64,000 bases of DNA, taken from contig JALNYN010000006.1 in the NCBI GenBank assembly GCA_023229825.1, positions 255 through 64,254 of the forward strand, read 5' to 3'. Positions within the stretch are counted from its first letter, which is position 1. Each line of letters starts with the position of its first letter. The position numbers and the translations under genes were made by a program. The notes below the pieces were generated by a model. That model worked only from the letters and a program-made list of their open reading frames with translations, ran no database searches and was not told the DNA's origin. This stretch comes from Minisyncoccota bacterium (GTDB lineage: Bacteria; Patescibacteriota; Minisyncoccia; Phycocordibacterales; CAIJYI01). Shown one piece after another: positions 1 to 9,353 of the stretch.

Positions 1-94
1 CGGAAAAAATCGGATGTTGCTTGTCTGAAGCTTACAGTTTGATATTTTTTGCAATGTTGCTGTCGGTTGCATTTTTTGATAATGTTTTTTAAAT

Positions 95-589
95 TCATTG
101 CATGATCCTTAAAAAAAAGAAAGCGACGATCATGCAGAAAAAAAAGAGAAGGATTCGACCCCACCAGACGAGTTTCCATGAATGTTTCAGCTCTAACTGT
201 TTGAATATCATTATGCAGATCGAAAACGTCAGAAACAAAATGGAGAAATAGAAAGTGAACAGTTCGCGAGTAAGACCGAAAGAATCGCTGTTGCCGGCAA
301 ATGAAATTGGAATTGCCACAATCGGGAGATACCAGAGAGCGAATTTCCGCCAGGCGAGATAGACTTCTTCGCGGAGAAAGTAGAGGGGGGGGAGAAAGAT
401 AAATAAACACAAAGAGAGTACTCCGATAGCCTGCAATAATTGATCGTACACACAAGTAAAGTACTTTAAACCCGTAATTATATCAAAATCACACATCCCT
501 TTTTTTGTGAGATTGTCGATTGTTATCAAGAAAATAATAATAATAAGTAAAATACCTGCTTTCAATAAAATCTTTTTTTTGTAATTCAT
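95..589 (-). CDS. hypothetical multi-pass membrane protein
   Basis: 164-aa ORF with several hydrophobic segments (LLIIIIFLITI, LSLCLFIFLPPLYFL, FSILFLTFSICIMIF); no recognisable catalytic motif. Confidence 0.45.
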   Translation of the reverse strand: MNYKKKILLKAGILLIIIIFLITIDNLTKKGMCDFDIITGLKYFTCVYDQLLQAIGVLSLCLFIFLPPLYFLREEVYLAWRKFALWYLPIVAIPISFAGNSDSFGLTRELFTFYFSILFLTFSICIMIFKQLELKHSWKLVWWGRILLFFFCMIVAFFFLRIMQ

Positions 590-626
590 AAATTTATTAA
601 ATTTTATTTAGGTCGTTTTTATTTTA

Positions 627-3600
627 TTAATGTTTCTTTTTTGCGGGTTGAATAAACTCGTCCATTTGCGCGACAAGTTCGTCTATCACCGCGTTAATTC
701 TCAACGCCTGAATTTTCTCAATCTGCCACTTGTTCCCTATCTTTTTTTGAGAAAGAACCTGAATCTCTTTTTGCAAAACAACGAGTAATGCTTTTGTTGC
801 GATGTAATTCTTTTTCGCAAATTGTTTTTCTGCGACGGAAATTTGATTTAATAAAGAAGGACGAAGTTTTGAATCAAGTTTTTGAATTTCATTCTTTAAG
901 GTTTGGAAAGTGATAGTTTCTTTGTTCTCTTCCGTAAAAACGATTGAGTCAATTGTTCCGTTCCCATCGTTATCAAGAGCGAGTTCCTTTGCGTCATTTA
1001 AAGTACTCATTAGGAGCGTTGCTTTTGTTGAGGTGCTCACGGGTATATCGGTGAAGGTTTGCGATGCTTCTTTAACATCTCCTTGGTACTGTTCCAATTC
1101 AAGAGTAAATACGCCTGTTCCGATGCCTTGCAATTTGATTGTAGTGCTTGCTTCCAATTGGAAACCCAAATACTTCCCTTCTCCCATTTCTAAATAGTAT
1201 GAATTCGGCATTTCGGTATCATAAAAAGTGTAATTTGGAGTTGAGCTTGCTGAAATCCCTACATGGCCTCCTTGCTGGTTAAAAATATCTATCTGGACAG
1301 GAGATCGCAGAGAGAGACGCACTAGCTTTTTTAGACGAAACAAATCAAGCTGGCTTTTATCTGTTTTAATAAACCACAAATCTTTTTCTGGGTTTGGCGT
1401 GTTTTCGATAATTTTGCTTATCAAAGTTCTAGTGCTATCAACCTCAAGTATTGAAGCGTGAGATCTGTTTTTTTGAAGCCCGCCAAATAAAAAATAATAT
1501 GAGTTATTGTGTTCATTCAAATCCACAAAATACGTCTCCGTTGCCGTCGCCATTCCGATCTGGCTCGGCAAAACCACTCTGCCGTCACCGTCAAAAGTAA
1601 ACATCGGCTCAACATCAAGCTTACCTTCATCCCAGCAAAAGGTATTCATTCCCGCATTATTGCAGTACTGATGAAAATTTCCTTTGTATTCCAATCCGCG
1701 AATAGTGTCGGGAATTCCCCATCCGGCAATTTGTATAACGCGCATGCTTTTATGCGGAACCCAAGTGTCTATGTCATCATGAATTAATTGGGCGTTTTGT
1801 AACATATCCGTCCTCACCAATTTCGGATGGGAGAGATCATCATCCGGCGCCTGAGAACGACCGTAGTCTTTCCCGCTTAGGTAGTCCCGCAATCCCTCGT
1901 AAGCGGTTATCGTGGTTGTTCCATAATTCGTTTGATAAAAATCGAGTACCTTGGACGCATCATAAATCGGGTCACCGCTTAAGTTTCGCAGATTTTTGTT
2001 TTGGGAAATGATAGTTGTGTAGTTTTGGTTTTCGTCTATCACTCGTTCGATATATTTTTTTGACGGCAAAAGCGTATAGATCGATGGCATTTGCTGAGCG
2101 ACGCGCCGCCCTGTTTCTTTGTCGGACAATATTCCGCCCCACTCAGGAATATCTTCTTTTGTTCCATGTAAAAGCGTCGCGATCGCGTCCGGAGTGCCGA
2201 GTTGGGGTGAATCTACAAGAATAAGCATTTCGGTGCTGGTCGCGATATCGCTGTAGTCGTGAAGAATTTTTTTTGAGAGAAGTCCTCCCATTGAGTGCCC
2301 GATAATGGTAACCTTGCCCGTATCAGAGGTTTTGGCGAGGTTGCGAATTTCAGTGAGAAGATGCTCTTTGTCGGTTCCATATTTATCGTCATAATATATA
2401 TGCCCGTTTGGTGCTACATATCCATTGCTTAGTATTTGCGGAAAAGCGAGGCGCCAATCATAAGCGAGGACGCGGTAATCTTTCATCATCCCGTCAGTTT
2501 TCCATGTTTCTAGGTCTACAAGAAAACTTGAATATATGTTACTCGCCTTAAACCCGACATCTATAACCCCTGCATTTCCCCACTTGGTATATATGTCAGG
2601 GTTATCGCTTGAGCCGGCAGGTTTCATCATGAGTTCGTTGGTATCAGTCCACCAATTCGGTTCCCAAAGCTGGTCCTCGCAATCAGGATTGCTGCAGTCG
2701 TATTTGAATAGTCGCGACGCCTTAATCCCCGGCAAAAACGCTACATTACTATACCCTGTCATAAATATATACTCCGAGTTTTCCAGCTTCACCGTTCCGT
2801 CTTCCGTTTCGAAATGGTAATGATACGTTCCTTTCGAGAAGGTTAAGGTTCTTGAAAACGCTTCGCCGTTTGCGAGATTTCCATCGTGATATTCGATCGG
2901 AGTGGTTGTGGAAGTATCCGGAGCCATGCCGAGTTTGATCTCCCCCTGCGGACCGGTAAAGACAAGTCTGATGTGAGGGGTTGAAGCGGATGTGTCGGTA
3001 TACACGACTTTGAATAAGAAATTGGTTTTGTCCGCGGCCCCTCTTCGATCTTGGATGAGATCGTCTTCCCAGACGGAACCGTATTGCAAAGTTTTTTGAG
3101 ATGGAGAAACGGCATGTATCGGTCTGGCGTAAGGAAATTGATCGATAAGCGTTATTGGTACATCCGTCGGACGGTTCCAGTACAGTTCGTTTGTGATGGC
3201 GCTGAATTGATAAGGTGAATCGCAGAAACCGTCATTGGCGCTATCGGTACATTGATTATCGCTCAAGTAATTTCCTCCTTTCGGTAGTGGCGCTGAAATA
3301 GTAATGGTCGGAGCATAGGAAGATGCGGAAGACGGAAAAATGCTTTGTGTGTTATTCAAAAAATCATTTCGATAGATAGAGGTTGTTCCTTCATTTACGG
3401 CAACGAAATTCAATCCTATTCCGTTGTTTTCCACAATATTGTCGTGTACGGCATTCCGAACGTCCGTGCAATTCGTGGAAAAGTCTATACCGACAGCAAG
3501 ACCTTTTACTGTGTTTTCGGAAATATCCACTACGGTATCAGGAGATATCAGAGGCCGAAAACACGGTAATGACGGTACATACCAGGGACTCAATATACGT

Positions 3601-4685
3601 CCGAATGAAATGCCGGATGTGTTATCGCCTTGCGAAACAATAGTATTTTTACGCACGGATACGCTCTCAAAAATTCCCCCTCGTCCTCCGTAGACCATGA
3701 TCCCCGTGCCGTTTTGCAGAACATTAACGGTATTTCCTTCTATAATCACTTGTCTTGGTTCGCTGTCGAGAGCAATTGCATTAAGAATATTTAGAAATAC
3801 GTTATTTCGAATAGTAATGAAATATGGAATAAGCTCCGGATTTCCTCCATATACCCCGACATCGGTAATGTTTTGGAATGTATTATTGGCGATAATCGTG
3901 TTCGTGGATGAATTGTTAAATATTCCCTTTGCCCAGCTGTCAATGGTAAGATTTTTTATTGTGGTGTTATTTCGCCGAATATCCCCAGAACCTCTGAAAT
4001 ATATTGCACCCAAGTACGTGGTTCCGTCGCTTAATGTCGTATGTCCGTTTCCGTCGAGAGTAATGCCGTTATCATCAACCTGTATAGTCTCGTTTATATC
4101 TTGCGTGAGGGTGCAGGTTTTGGTTGATTGATCCCAAGCTCCGATCAAGGTACAGTCTCCTCCTGTCGCGTTATCTTTGATGAATTTTGTGCTTTTTTTA
4201 GTTTGGATGAAAACAAAATGATTTATCGCCATGTCTTGAGTATAGGTGTAGATTCCGTTATCGTCAGTGGTGAACTGCGTTAGGTTGTGATAATCGTCGT
4301 CATATTTATAGTAGGTTGTGTTTTTAAGAAAACCGGAGAGCGTAATTTGAGTTGTTGTTGCGTTGGTGGAAGTAGCTTTCTCTAATAGCATGGTCACCAC
4401 TTTCGGTTTTGAAGTGAAGTGAAGGTCGATGTTTTCGGTACTGTCGAGAGTGATGTTCAAATATTCGCTGTCGGTGATGGTGAAATGGGTGCCGATTCCG
4501 GAGATCTCGCCTTTTATTTGGAAGGGATCGTTTGGAATAAAATTCGACGGAGCAGGATTTAATGAGGCGAGCGTTTTTTGAGCGTACAAAATTCCGGCAA
4601 ATGTACTGCTGAGCAGCGCAACAATCGCCATTACAGTAAGAAAGATCTGACGGTGAATAGGTTTTGCCAAAAACTTTTTGTACAT
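627..4685 (-). CDS. large secreted multi-domain protein: N-terminal signal/anchor, right-handed beta-helix (pectate-lyase/NosD-like) region, LCAT/PGAP1-like alpha/beta-hydrolase lipase domain, C-terminal coiled coil
   Basis: 1352-aa ORF with N-terminal hydrophobic segment MAIVALLSSTFAGILYAQ. Repeated N-x-(V/I/F)-x-N / GG-containing beta-helix-like repeats (IANNTFQNITDVGVYGG, IRNNVFLNILNAIALD, IEGNTVNVLQNGTGIMVYGG). Lipase nucleophile-elbow GHSMGG (TIIGHSMGGLLSK) preceded by AYDWR, the (F/Y)DWR motif of LCAT/PDAT-type acyltransferases. Confidence 0.8.
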   Translation of the reverse strand: MYKKFLAKPIHRQIFLTVMAIVALLSSTFAGILYAQKTLASLNPAPSNFIPNDPFQIKGEISGIGTHFTITDSEYLNITLDSTENIDLHFTSKPKVVTMLLEKATSTNATTTQITLSGFLKNTTYYKYDDDYHNLTQFTTDDNGIYTYTQDMAINHFVFIQTKKSTKFIKDNATGGDCTLIGAWDQSTKTCTLTQDINETIQVDDNGITLDGNGHTTLSDGTTYLGAIYFRGSGDIRRNNTTIKNLTIDSWAKGIFNNSSTNTIIANNTFQNITDVGVYGGNPELIPYFITIRNNVFLNILNAIALDSEPRQVIIEGNTVNVLQNGTGIMVYGGRGGIFESVSVRKNTIVSQGDNTSGISFGRILSPWYVPSLPCFRPLISPDTVVDISENTVKGLAVGIDFSTNCTDVRNAVHDNIVENNGIGLNFVAVNEGTTSIYRNDFLNNTQSIFPSSASSYAPTITISAPLPKGGNYLSDNQCTDSANDGFCDSPYQFSAITNELYWNRPTDVPITLIDQFPYARPIHAVSPSQKTLQYGSVWEDDLIQDRRGAADKTNFLFKVVYTDTSASTPHIRLVFTGPQGEIKLGMAPDTSTTTPIEYHDGNLANGEAFSRTLTFSKGTYHYHFETEDGTVKLENSEYIFMTGYSNVAFLPGIKASRLFKYDCSNPDCEDQLWEPNWWTDTNELMMKPAGSSDNPDIYTKWGNAGVIDVGFKASNIYSSFLVDLETWKTDGMMKDYRVLAYDWRLAFPQILSNGYVAPNGHIYYDDKYGTDKEHLLTEIRNLAKTSDTGKVTIIGHSMGGLLSKKILHDYSDIATSTEMLILVDSPQLGTPDAIATLLHGTKEDIPEWGGILSDKETGRRVAQQMPSIYTLLPSKKYIERVIDENQNYTTIISQNKNLRNLSGDPIYDASKVLDFYQTNYGTTTITAYEGLRDYLSGKDYGRSQAPDDDLSHPKLVRTDMLQNAQLIHDDIDTWVPHKSMRVIQIAGWGIPDTIRGLEYKGNFHQYCNNAGMNTFCWDEGKLDVEPMFTFDGDGRVVLPSQIGMATATETYFVDLNEHNNSYYFLFGGLQKNRSHASILEVDSTRTLISKIIENTPNPEKDLWFIKTDKSQLDLFRLKKLVRLSLRSPVQIDIFNQQGGHVGISASSTPNYTFYDTEMPNSYYLEMGEGKYLGFQLEASTTIKLQGIGTGVFTLELEQYQGDVKEASQTFTDIPVSTSTKATLLMSTLNDAKELALDNDGNGTIDSIVFTEENKETITFQTLKNEIQKLDSKLRPSLLNQISVAEKQFAKKNYIATKALLVVLQKEIQVLSQKKIGNKWQIEKIQALRINAVIDELVAQMDEFIQPAKKKH

Positions 4686-4702
4686 ATGTTTGATGAGCTT
4701 TT

Positions 4703-4815
4703 AGCTTATAGGTTATAGGTTATAGGTTGCGACGATACTGGCGTTATAATCTATAAGCTAACAGCTAATAGCTATAAGCTATAAGCTATAAGCTATAAGC
4801 TAACAGCTATAAGCT
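4703..4815. repeat. inverted blocks of heptamer tandem repeats (TTATAGG x3 ... CTATAAG x~8) in the promoter region of the 1352-aa gene; same AGCTTATAGCTTATAG motif recurs at 38858-38875 and 50821-50836
   Basis: direct reading: agcttataggttataggttatagg ... ctataagctataagctataagctataagc; the two sides are reverse complements of one another. Confidence 0.8.
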
Positions 4816-4871
4816 TTCTCCAGTATATCAAAAATCACAGCCCCAGACGAAACAACACGTGGATAATTGAA

Positions 4872-5411
4872 CTATTCTTCGTCTGAAAGCAGGTACAAGC
4901 ATAAAAACATGAGCGGGATACCGAGTATGAATTCCGGAATGGCTAGTGTTTTGACGGTGTTATATATATGAGGCTCCACTCCGCCTGATCTCATATCGAT
5001 CCATGTTTTTGAAAAGAGTACATCGGAGTAAGAAAAAATAATAGCTCCAAGATTCATCACGATCATCAGGCTGATAAAGATCTGGGTGGATGAAAATCTT
5101 TTTATTTTACTGATCAGCCTCTTGGTAAAAACAAAAGAAAATATAAATATTGCCGGTATCAATATGACAAGTATATCAAAAGTATGATTAACCAAATGCA
5201 TCTGTTGAGAAATATAAAATCGTAAAATTTGAGAAAATATTATAAACAAGATCAGCCAAATTGAAAAATCGAACTGGTTCATCGGCTTGTCGATATCAAA
5301 AAAATCTTTATTGGTCATTTTCATAGAGAGGTGTTTAATGATTTTTCTAGTAAAAAATACGCGGGACATCAAACCCGGGAAAATTTCAGCCCGTCTATCA
5401 TTTTTCCCCAT
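4872..5411 (-). CDS. hypothetical membrane protein
   Basis: 179-aa ORF, 4-5 predicted TM segments (WLILFIIFSQIL, ILVILIPAIFIFSFVF, IFISLMIVMNLGAIIF). Confidence 0.45.
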   Translation of the reverse strand: MGKNDRRAEIFPGLMSRVFFTRKIIKHLSMKMTNKDFFDIDKPMNQFDFSIWLILFIIFSQILRFYISQQMHLVNHTFDILVILIPAIFIFSFVFTKRLISKIKRFSSTQIFISLMIVMNLGAIIFSYSDVLFSKTWIDMRSGGVEPHIYNTVKTLAIPEFILGIPLMFLCLYLLSDEE

Positions 5412-5509
5412 GATGAAAGATAGGCTGAAATTTTCCGCTGTTTGATATACGCGGACATATATACAGTATAAAACACAGGTGATAAAGTCCTGATAAAGTC
5501 TGACAAACC

Positions 5510-5538
5510 AAAAAAGCCTTAATTTTCAAGGCTTTTTT
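5510..5538 (-). terminator. rho-independent terminator downstream of idi operon
   Basis: hairpin aaaagcctt-aattttc-aaggctttt followed/preceded by T/A runs. Confidence 0.6.
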
Positions 5539-5562
5539 GGGTTTTTTAAAATTTTTTGTATT

Positions 5563-6096
5563 TTATCTTGAGTTATCCACAGGGCGGACTTGCAACAACA
5601 CGTCCGCAAATGAGATCTTAAACCAAGAAGTATACTGTTCGGGATGGACGCGCATATCTCCGAGTATGCTTTCGGGCGCCGCATATTTCCAACCGTCCGC
5701 CTCTTCCCTGTTCATCTCCGGAATACCGTCCCACACGCCGACCAAGACATGATCGTATTCATGTTCAGTGAGTCCGTTCGTGAATTCCGTCCGATACGTG
5801 AAAGAATATATTTCCGACAGAGGGCAATCAAAACCCATTTCTTCTTTGAGACGGCGATGCGCGGCATCTTCCGTACTTTCGCCCGGCCGAGGATGGCTGC
5901 AGCAAGTGTTCGTCCAGAGACCGCCGCAATGATATTTCTTTTTCGCGCGCTGCTGCAAGAGCATTTCGCCTTTCGATGAAAAAACAAAAATGGAGATCGC
6001 GCGATGGAGCTGTCCGCCGTTCTGATGCGCAGCTATTTTTTCGCAGATGCCGATCGGCGCGTCATTTTCATCGACGAGGATCACTTGTTCTTTCAT
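5563..6096 (-). CDS. idi: isopentenyl-diphosphate delta-isomerase, type 1 (Nudix fold)
   Basis: 177 aa; HRAISIFVFSSKGEMLLQQRAKKKYHCGGLWTNTCCSHPRPGES and EHEYDHVLVG match the type-1 IDI Cys/Glu active-site region; start overlaps upstream gene stop by 4 bp. Confidence 0.85.
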   Translation of the reverse strand: MKEQVILVDENDAPIGICEKIAAHQNGGQLHRAISIFVFSSKGEMLLQQRAKKKYHCGGLWTNTCCSHPRPGESTEDAAHRRLKEEMGFDCPLSEIYSFTYRTEFTNGLTEHEYDHVLVGVWDGIPEMNREEADGWKYAAPESILGDMRVHPEQYTSWFKISFADVLLQVRPVDNSR

Positions 6097-7691
6097 ATTT
6101 TGTTTTTGTAGGAATTAAGGAACATCTCGGATTTTTTCTGTTCCCTCTCCGCCTCGATCGCGGCCTTTTCAGTGATCGTAATGAAGTGAAGAAGCGGAGC
6201 CTCGTCTTCCAGCATTTCAAGCGATGAAAGCGCTTTTCGCGCGAGTTTCGCGTGCGCTTTTGCGAGTTTTGCATATTTTTTGAGCGTCGAAAACCAAAAG
6301 ATCTTTTTGAGTACTTCCCGGTCGGCTACGAGATCGATCACCGGTTTTTTCCAGCCCGACGCTTTAAGGTCGGCAAGCATCAGAACGACCACGGTACTCA
6401 GATGTCCGCGAGCCATGTCTTCTTCCCAATCGTGCGCGTCATCGTTCAGCTGCATGGCGATCAGATAATTTTTGAAATAGGCGATGAGATGTTTTACTTC
6501 GGCCGAATCAATGGGATACCCCATGTTGACGAGCATAGCGACCGGGCCCAAGATGTGTCCCGATGCCGGACGGTATTTATTTTCATACCGCGCATAATCA
6601 GGAAGGACGTCGGGGATCGTAAATTCTGAACCGCTGACTTTCGTACGGCAGTGCATGGTTTCCCACGTATTCGCACCATCCAGATCGTCCATGAGCTTTC
6701 TGAAAAATTCTGCGAATCCCGTCTTTGCCGGCAAAACGGTACTGAAAAGTTCAACATAGCTTCTCGCGAATAAATTGGCCGTCGGGAGAATATGCGGATC
6801 GGCCGCTTCGTCTTCATCCCAAAAATCATCATAAATAATGAACGCCGTCCAAAAGAAAATATTCGCCAATCCCATTTCCGCGATCAGTTCATCAGGAATT
6901 TTTTTTGCTTTCTTTCCGAGTGCTTGCTTCATGTAATAAGACATGAGCGACATTTGTTTGTCGGTGTTGCCGCGCATGGTATTTTTGATGCATTGCCGAG
7001 CAAAAGAACGAAGCTCGGGAGAAAGGGCGGAAAATCTTCTCTCCGCCGCCGCCATGATCTTATCCACCATCGCCTGTTCTCCTTCATTGAAGACGATTTC
7101 TCCGCTTTTTAATGCTAACGACGCATTGATATTTTTTTCCAACGAATGAAGATACAGCTCTTTTGCCGACACGACAGCCGGCGTCATTTCGACGCGAAAC
7201 GCCTCTGCGATCTTTTCTGCGGTGTCGAGCATCTCTGAATACTGGGCAAGGTTAGGCAGTTCAACGCCGAACGCCGACAAAAATCGCAAAATACTTGCAT
7301 TGGTCACCGGATCAATGTCGTTCTTTTTCTTTCCCTTTGATGGCAATTCTGAATAATACGGACCTCCCTCTTGGCTCTCGAGCGCCACTAATATATTTAA
7401 AATTTGCGCCAGCCATTCCCCGTCGATCAATTCTTTATCATATTCCGCGATCGCCGAAAGCGCGTAAAAATTCTCTCCGATATTTTTACTCAATTTTCCG
7501 TCAGCCGATCGCTGCGATACCAGAAACCGCGCGGTTTTACTCTTTTCCGCTTTTAATTCTTCTGAATTTTTTGAACGATCGAGAAAGGAAAGTACTATGG
7601 CAGAAGTTATCAATGATGGCGCTCCGGACTGGTCGGAGAAACTTCCGTCCTTTCTCTGTTCTTTTTTTATGCGTACTCTATGCTTATCCAT
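6093..7691 (-). CDS. isoprenoid-synthase-fold protein (polyprenyl synthase / class I terpene synthase-like) with ~250-aa N-terminal extension
   Basis: 532 aa; two Asp-rich motifs about 135 aa apart: FIIYDDFWDEDE (FARM/DDxxD-like) and MQLNDDAHDWEED (SARM QxxDDxxD-like / NSE-like); translationally coupled to idi downstream and to a histidine kinase gene upstream. Confidence 0.6.
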   Translation of the reverse strand: MDKHRVRIKKEQRKDGSFSDQSGAPSLITSAIVLSFLDRSKNSEELKAEKSKTARFLVSQRSADGKLSKNIGENFYALSAIAEYDKELIDGEWLAQILNILVALESQEGGPYYSELPSKGKKKNDIDPVTNASILRFLSAFGVELPNLAQYSEMLDTAEKIAEAFRVEMTPAVVSAKELYLHSLEKNINASLALKSGEIVFNEGEQAMVDKIMAAAERRFSALSPELRSFARQCIKNTMRGNTDKQMSLMSYYMKQALGKKAKKIPDELIAEMGLANIFFWTAFIIYDDFWDEDEAADPHILPTANLFARSYVELFSTVLPAKTGFAEFFRKLMDDLDGANTWETMHCRTKVSGSEFTIPDVLPDYARYENKYRPASGHILGPVAMLVNMGYPIDSAEVKHLIAYFKNYLIAMQLNDDAHDWEEDMARGHLSTVVVLMLADLKASGWKKPVIDLVADREVLKKIFWFSTLKKYAKLAKAHAKLARKALSSLEMLEDEAPLLHFITITEKAAIEAEREQKKSEMFLNSYKNKI

Positions 7692-9126
7692 TTTGATGTT
7701 TGGGGATGTTAATGATAAATGCCGTTCCTTTGCGCGGCTCGCTCACGACCTCTATGGTACCATGAAAATCATTTTCAACAATTCTTTTTACGGTATACAA
7801 TCCGAGTCCGGTTCCTTTGCCTTCTTTTGTGGTAAAGAACGGATCGAATATCTTTTCCAAATTTTCTTTGGCGATGCCAACGCCTCGATCAGAAACGGTA
7901 AATATCACTCTGCCGTTTTTTTGTACTAACGAAAGCGCTACTTCTTTTTTTTCATTCGCCTGCGATGAAGCATGCGCATCGATCGCATTGGATGCCAGAT
8001 TGAGCGCGACTTGCCCCCACTTCGGTGCGCTCCCGAATATTTTAATATTTTCCGGTGCGGTTAGTTTGATCCCGACGTTCGCTTTTATGGCTTTGTGCAG
8101 CAAAACTTCAATGATCTGTTTCGTTTCTTCATTCACGGAAAACGTCGTTTTGTGTTCTTCGTTGGCGATCTGTTTGCGAACGGCAATGACAAAGTCCTCC
8201 ATTCTTTTTGAAGCGGCGATAGCTTTGTTCAAATATATTTTTGTTTCGTACAATGCGCTTTTTTCTTCCGCCTTGACCATTTCCATATTCAGGGTAACCG
8301 CACTGAGAGGACTCATTAGATCATGAAAAAGTCCTGATGAAAGGCGCCCGAATTCGGCAAAACGATTGAGCTGTGTCATTTTTTCCAATTGCGCTTCTCT
8401 CAATTCTTTCGTCCTTTCCTGCACTTTCACTTCCAGAGAATCGCGCTCCGCTTTCAGCGCCACTTCGGAATTTCTCGCGCGCGCCAAAGATTTTTCGATC
8501 TCGCGGTTGGAAAGCCATGAGACGGTGGCGATGATCATGAATATTACCGAAACCATAACAACATCTTTTACACTCCAGACATCGGTCATCCAATATCGAT
8601 TAACGCTTATCGCTTCACTCCATTCAAGATGTCCCACAAAAAACAGAACAGCACAGACCATTAAAGTCACGATAAACGCGAAACGGGCATGTATAAGTAT
8701 GCCCGACATGACAATGATCAACACATAGAATAAAAGAGCTACCTGAATCTCAACCCCCCACCGATAGGTCATGTAGACGGCGAGCAGAAAAAAAACGCTC
8801 AATAAAGCATATGATGAAAACCGCGAATAACCACACCGCGATAAAATAAACAGCGCGAAAAAAAATAAAAAAATTACGGAAAGAACGAATAAAGATATCG
8901 TATTATTTGCGTATGATTGTAGCCCGGTGTCACGAAAAATCAGATGGATAAGTAAACCTACGAAGACAAGCATGATTGCCAAAACCAAAAGGATATTCAG
9001 AATAAATTCTTGCCGTGATATGTCGGGGTCCGACGATTTTGGCAATATAAGTTTTTTGGCACTGTAAAAAATTTTCTGCATACAAGACGAAATATCAAAG
9101 GTTCCGCATAGACAATAACAACCCAA
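7684..9126 (-). CDS. membrane sensor histidine kinase
   Basis: 480 aa; ~6 N-terminal TM helices, H-box FHDLMSPLSAV, N/G boxes LASNAIDAH, SDRGVGI, GTGLGLYTVKRIV. Confidence 0.85.
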   Translation of the reverse strand: MGCYCLCGTFDISSCMQKIFYSAKKLILPKSSDPDISRQEFILNILLVLAIMLVFVGLLIHLIFRDTGLQSYANNTISLFVLSVIFLFFFALFILSRCGYSRFSSYALLSVFFLLAVYMTYRWGVEIQVALLFYVLIIVMSGILIHARFAFIVTLMVCAVLFFVGHLEWSEAISVNRYWMTDVWSVKDVVMVSVIFMIIATVSWLSNREIEKSLARARNSEVALKAERDSLEVKVQERTKELREAQLEKMTQLNRFAEFGRLSSGLFHDLMSPLSAVTLNMEMVKAEEKSALYETKIYLNKAIAASKRMEDFVIAVRKQIANEEHKTTFSVNEETKQIIEVLLHKAIKANVGIKLTAPENIKIFGSAPKWGQVALNLASNAIDAHASSQANEKKEVALSLVQKNGRVIFTVSDRGVGIAKENLEKIFDPFFTTKEGKGTGLGLYTVKRIVENDFHGTIEVVSEPRKGTAFIINIPKHQNG

Positions 9127-9353
9127 GTTAATGGGTTATTATGGCTGGGGAAAATACATATAAAAAAACAAAAAATTATTGGAACCAAGGCGCGCCTGCA
9201 TCCATAACGGTCACAACTAAAGCGAGCAATGCCGCGTTATCTCTTACTTTTTTGTTGGTCAAAACTTCTTTTATGATCTTGTCCATATGTTTTGAATTAA
9301 TGCTAATAAATTCCACCGACCTTTAGTCTTTCATTATATCAAAATATCGCAGA

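Noticed and set aside
4703-4815. Possible CRISPR array
   Set aside because: The repeat unit is only 7 bp with no spacers, so it is a microsatellite-like or iteron array, not CRISPR. No cas genes are in the window.
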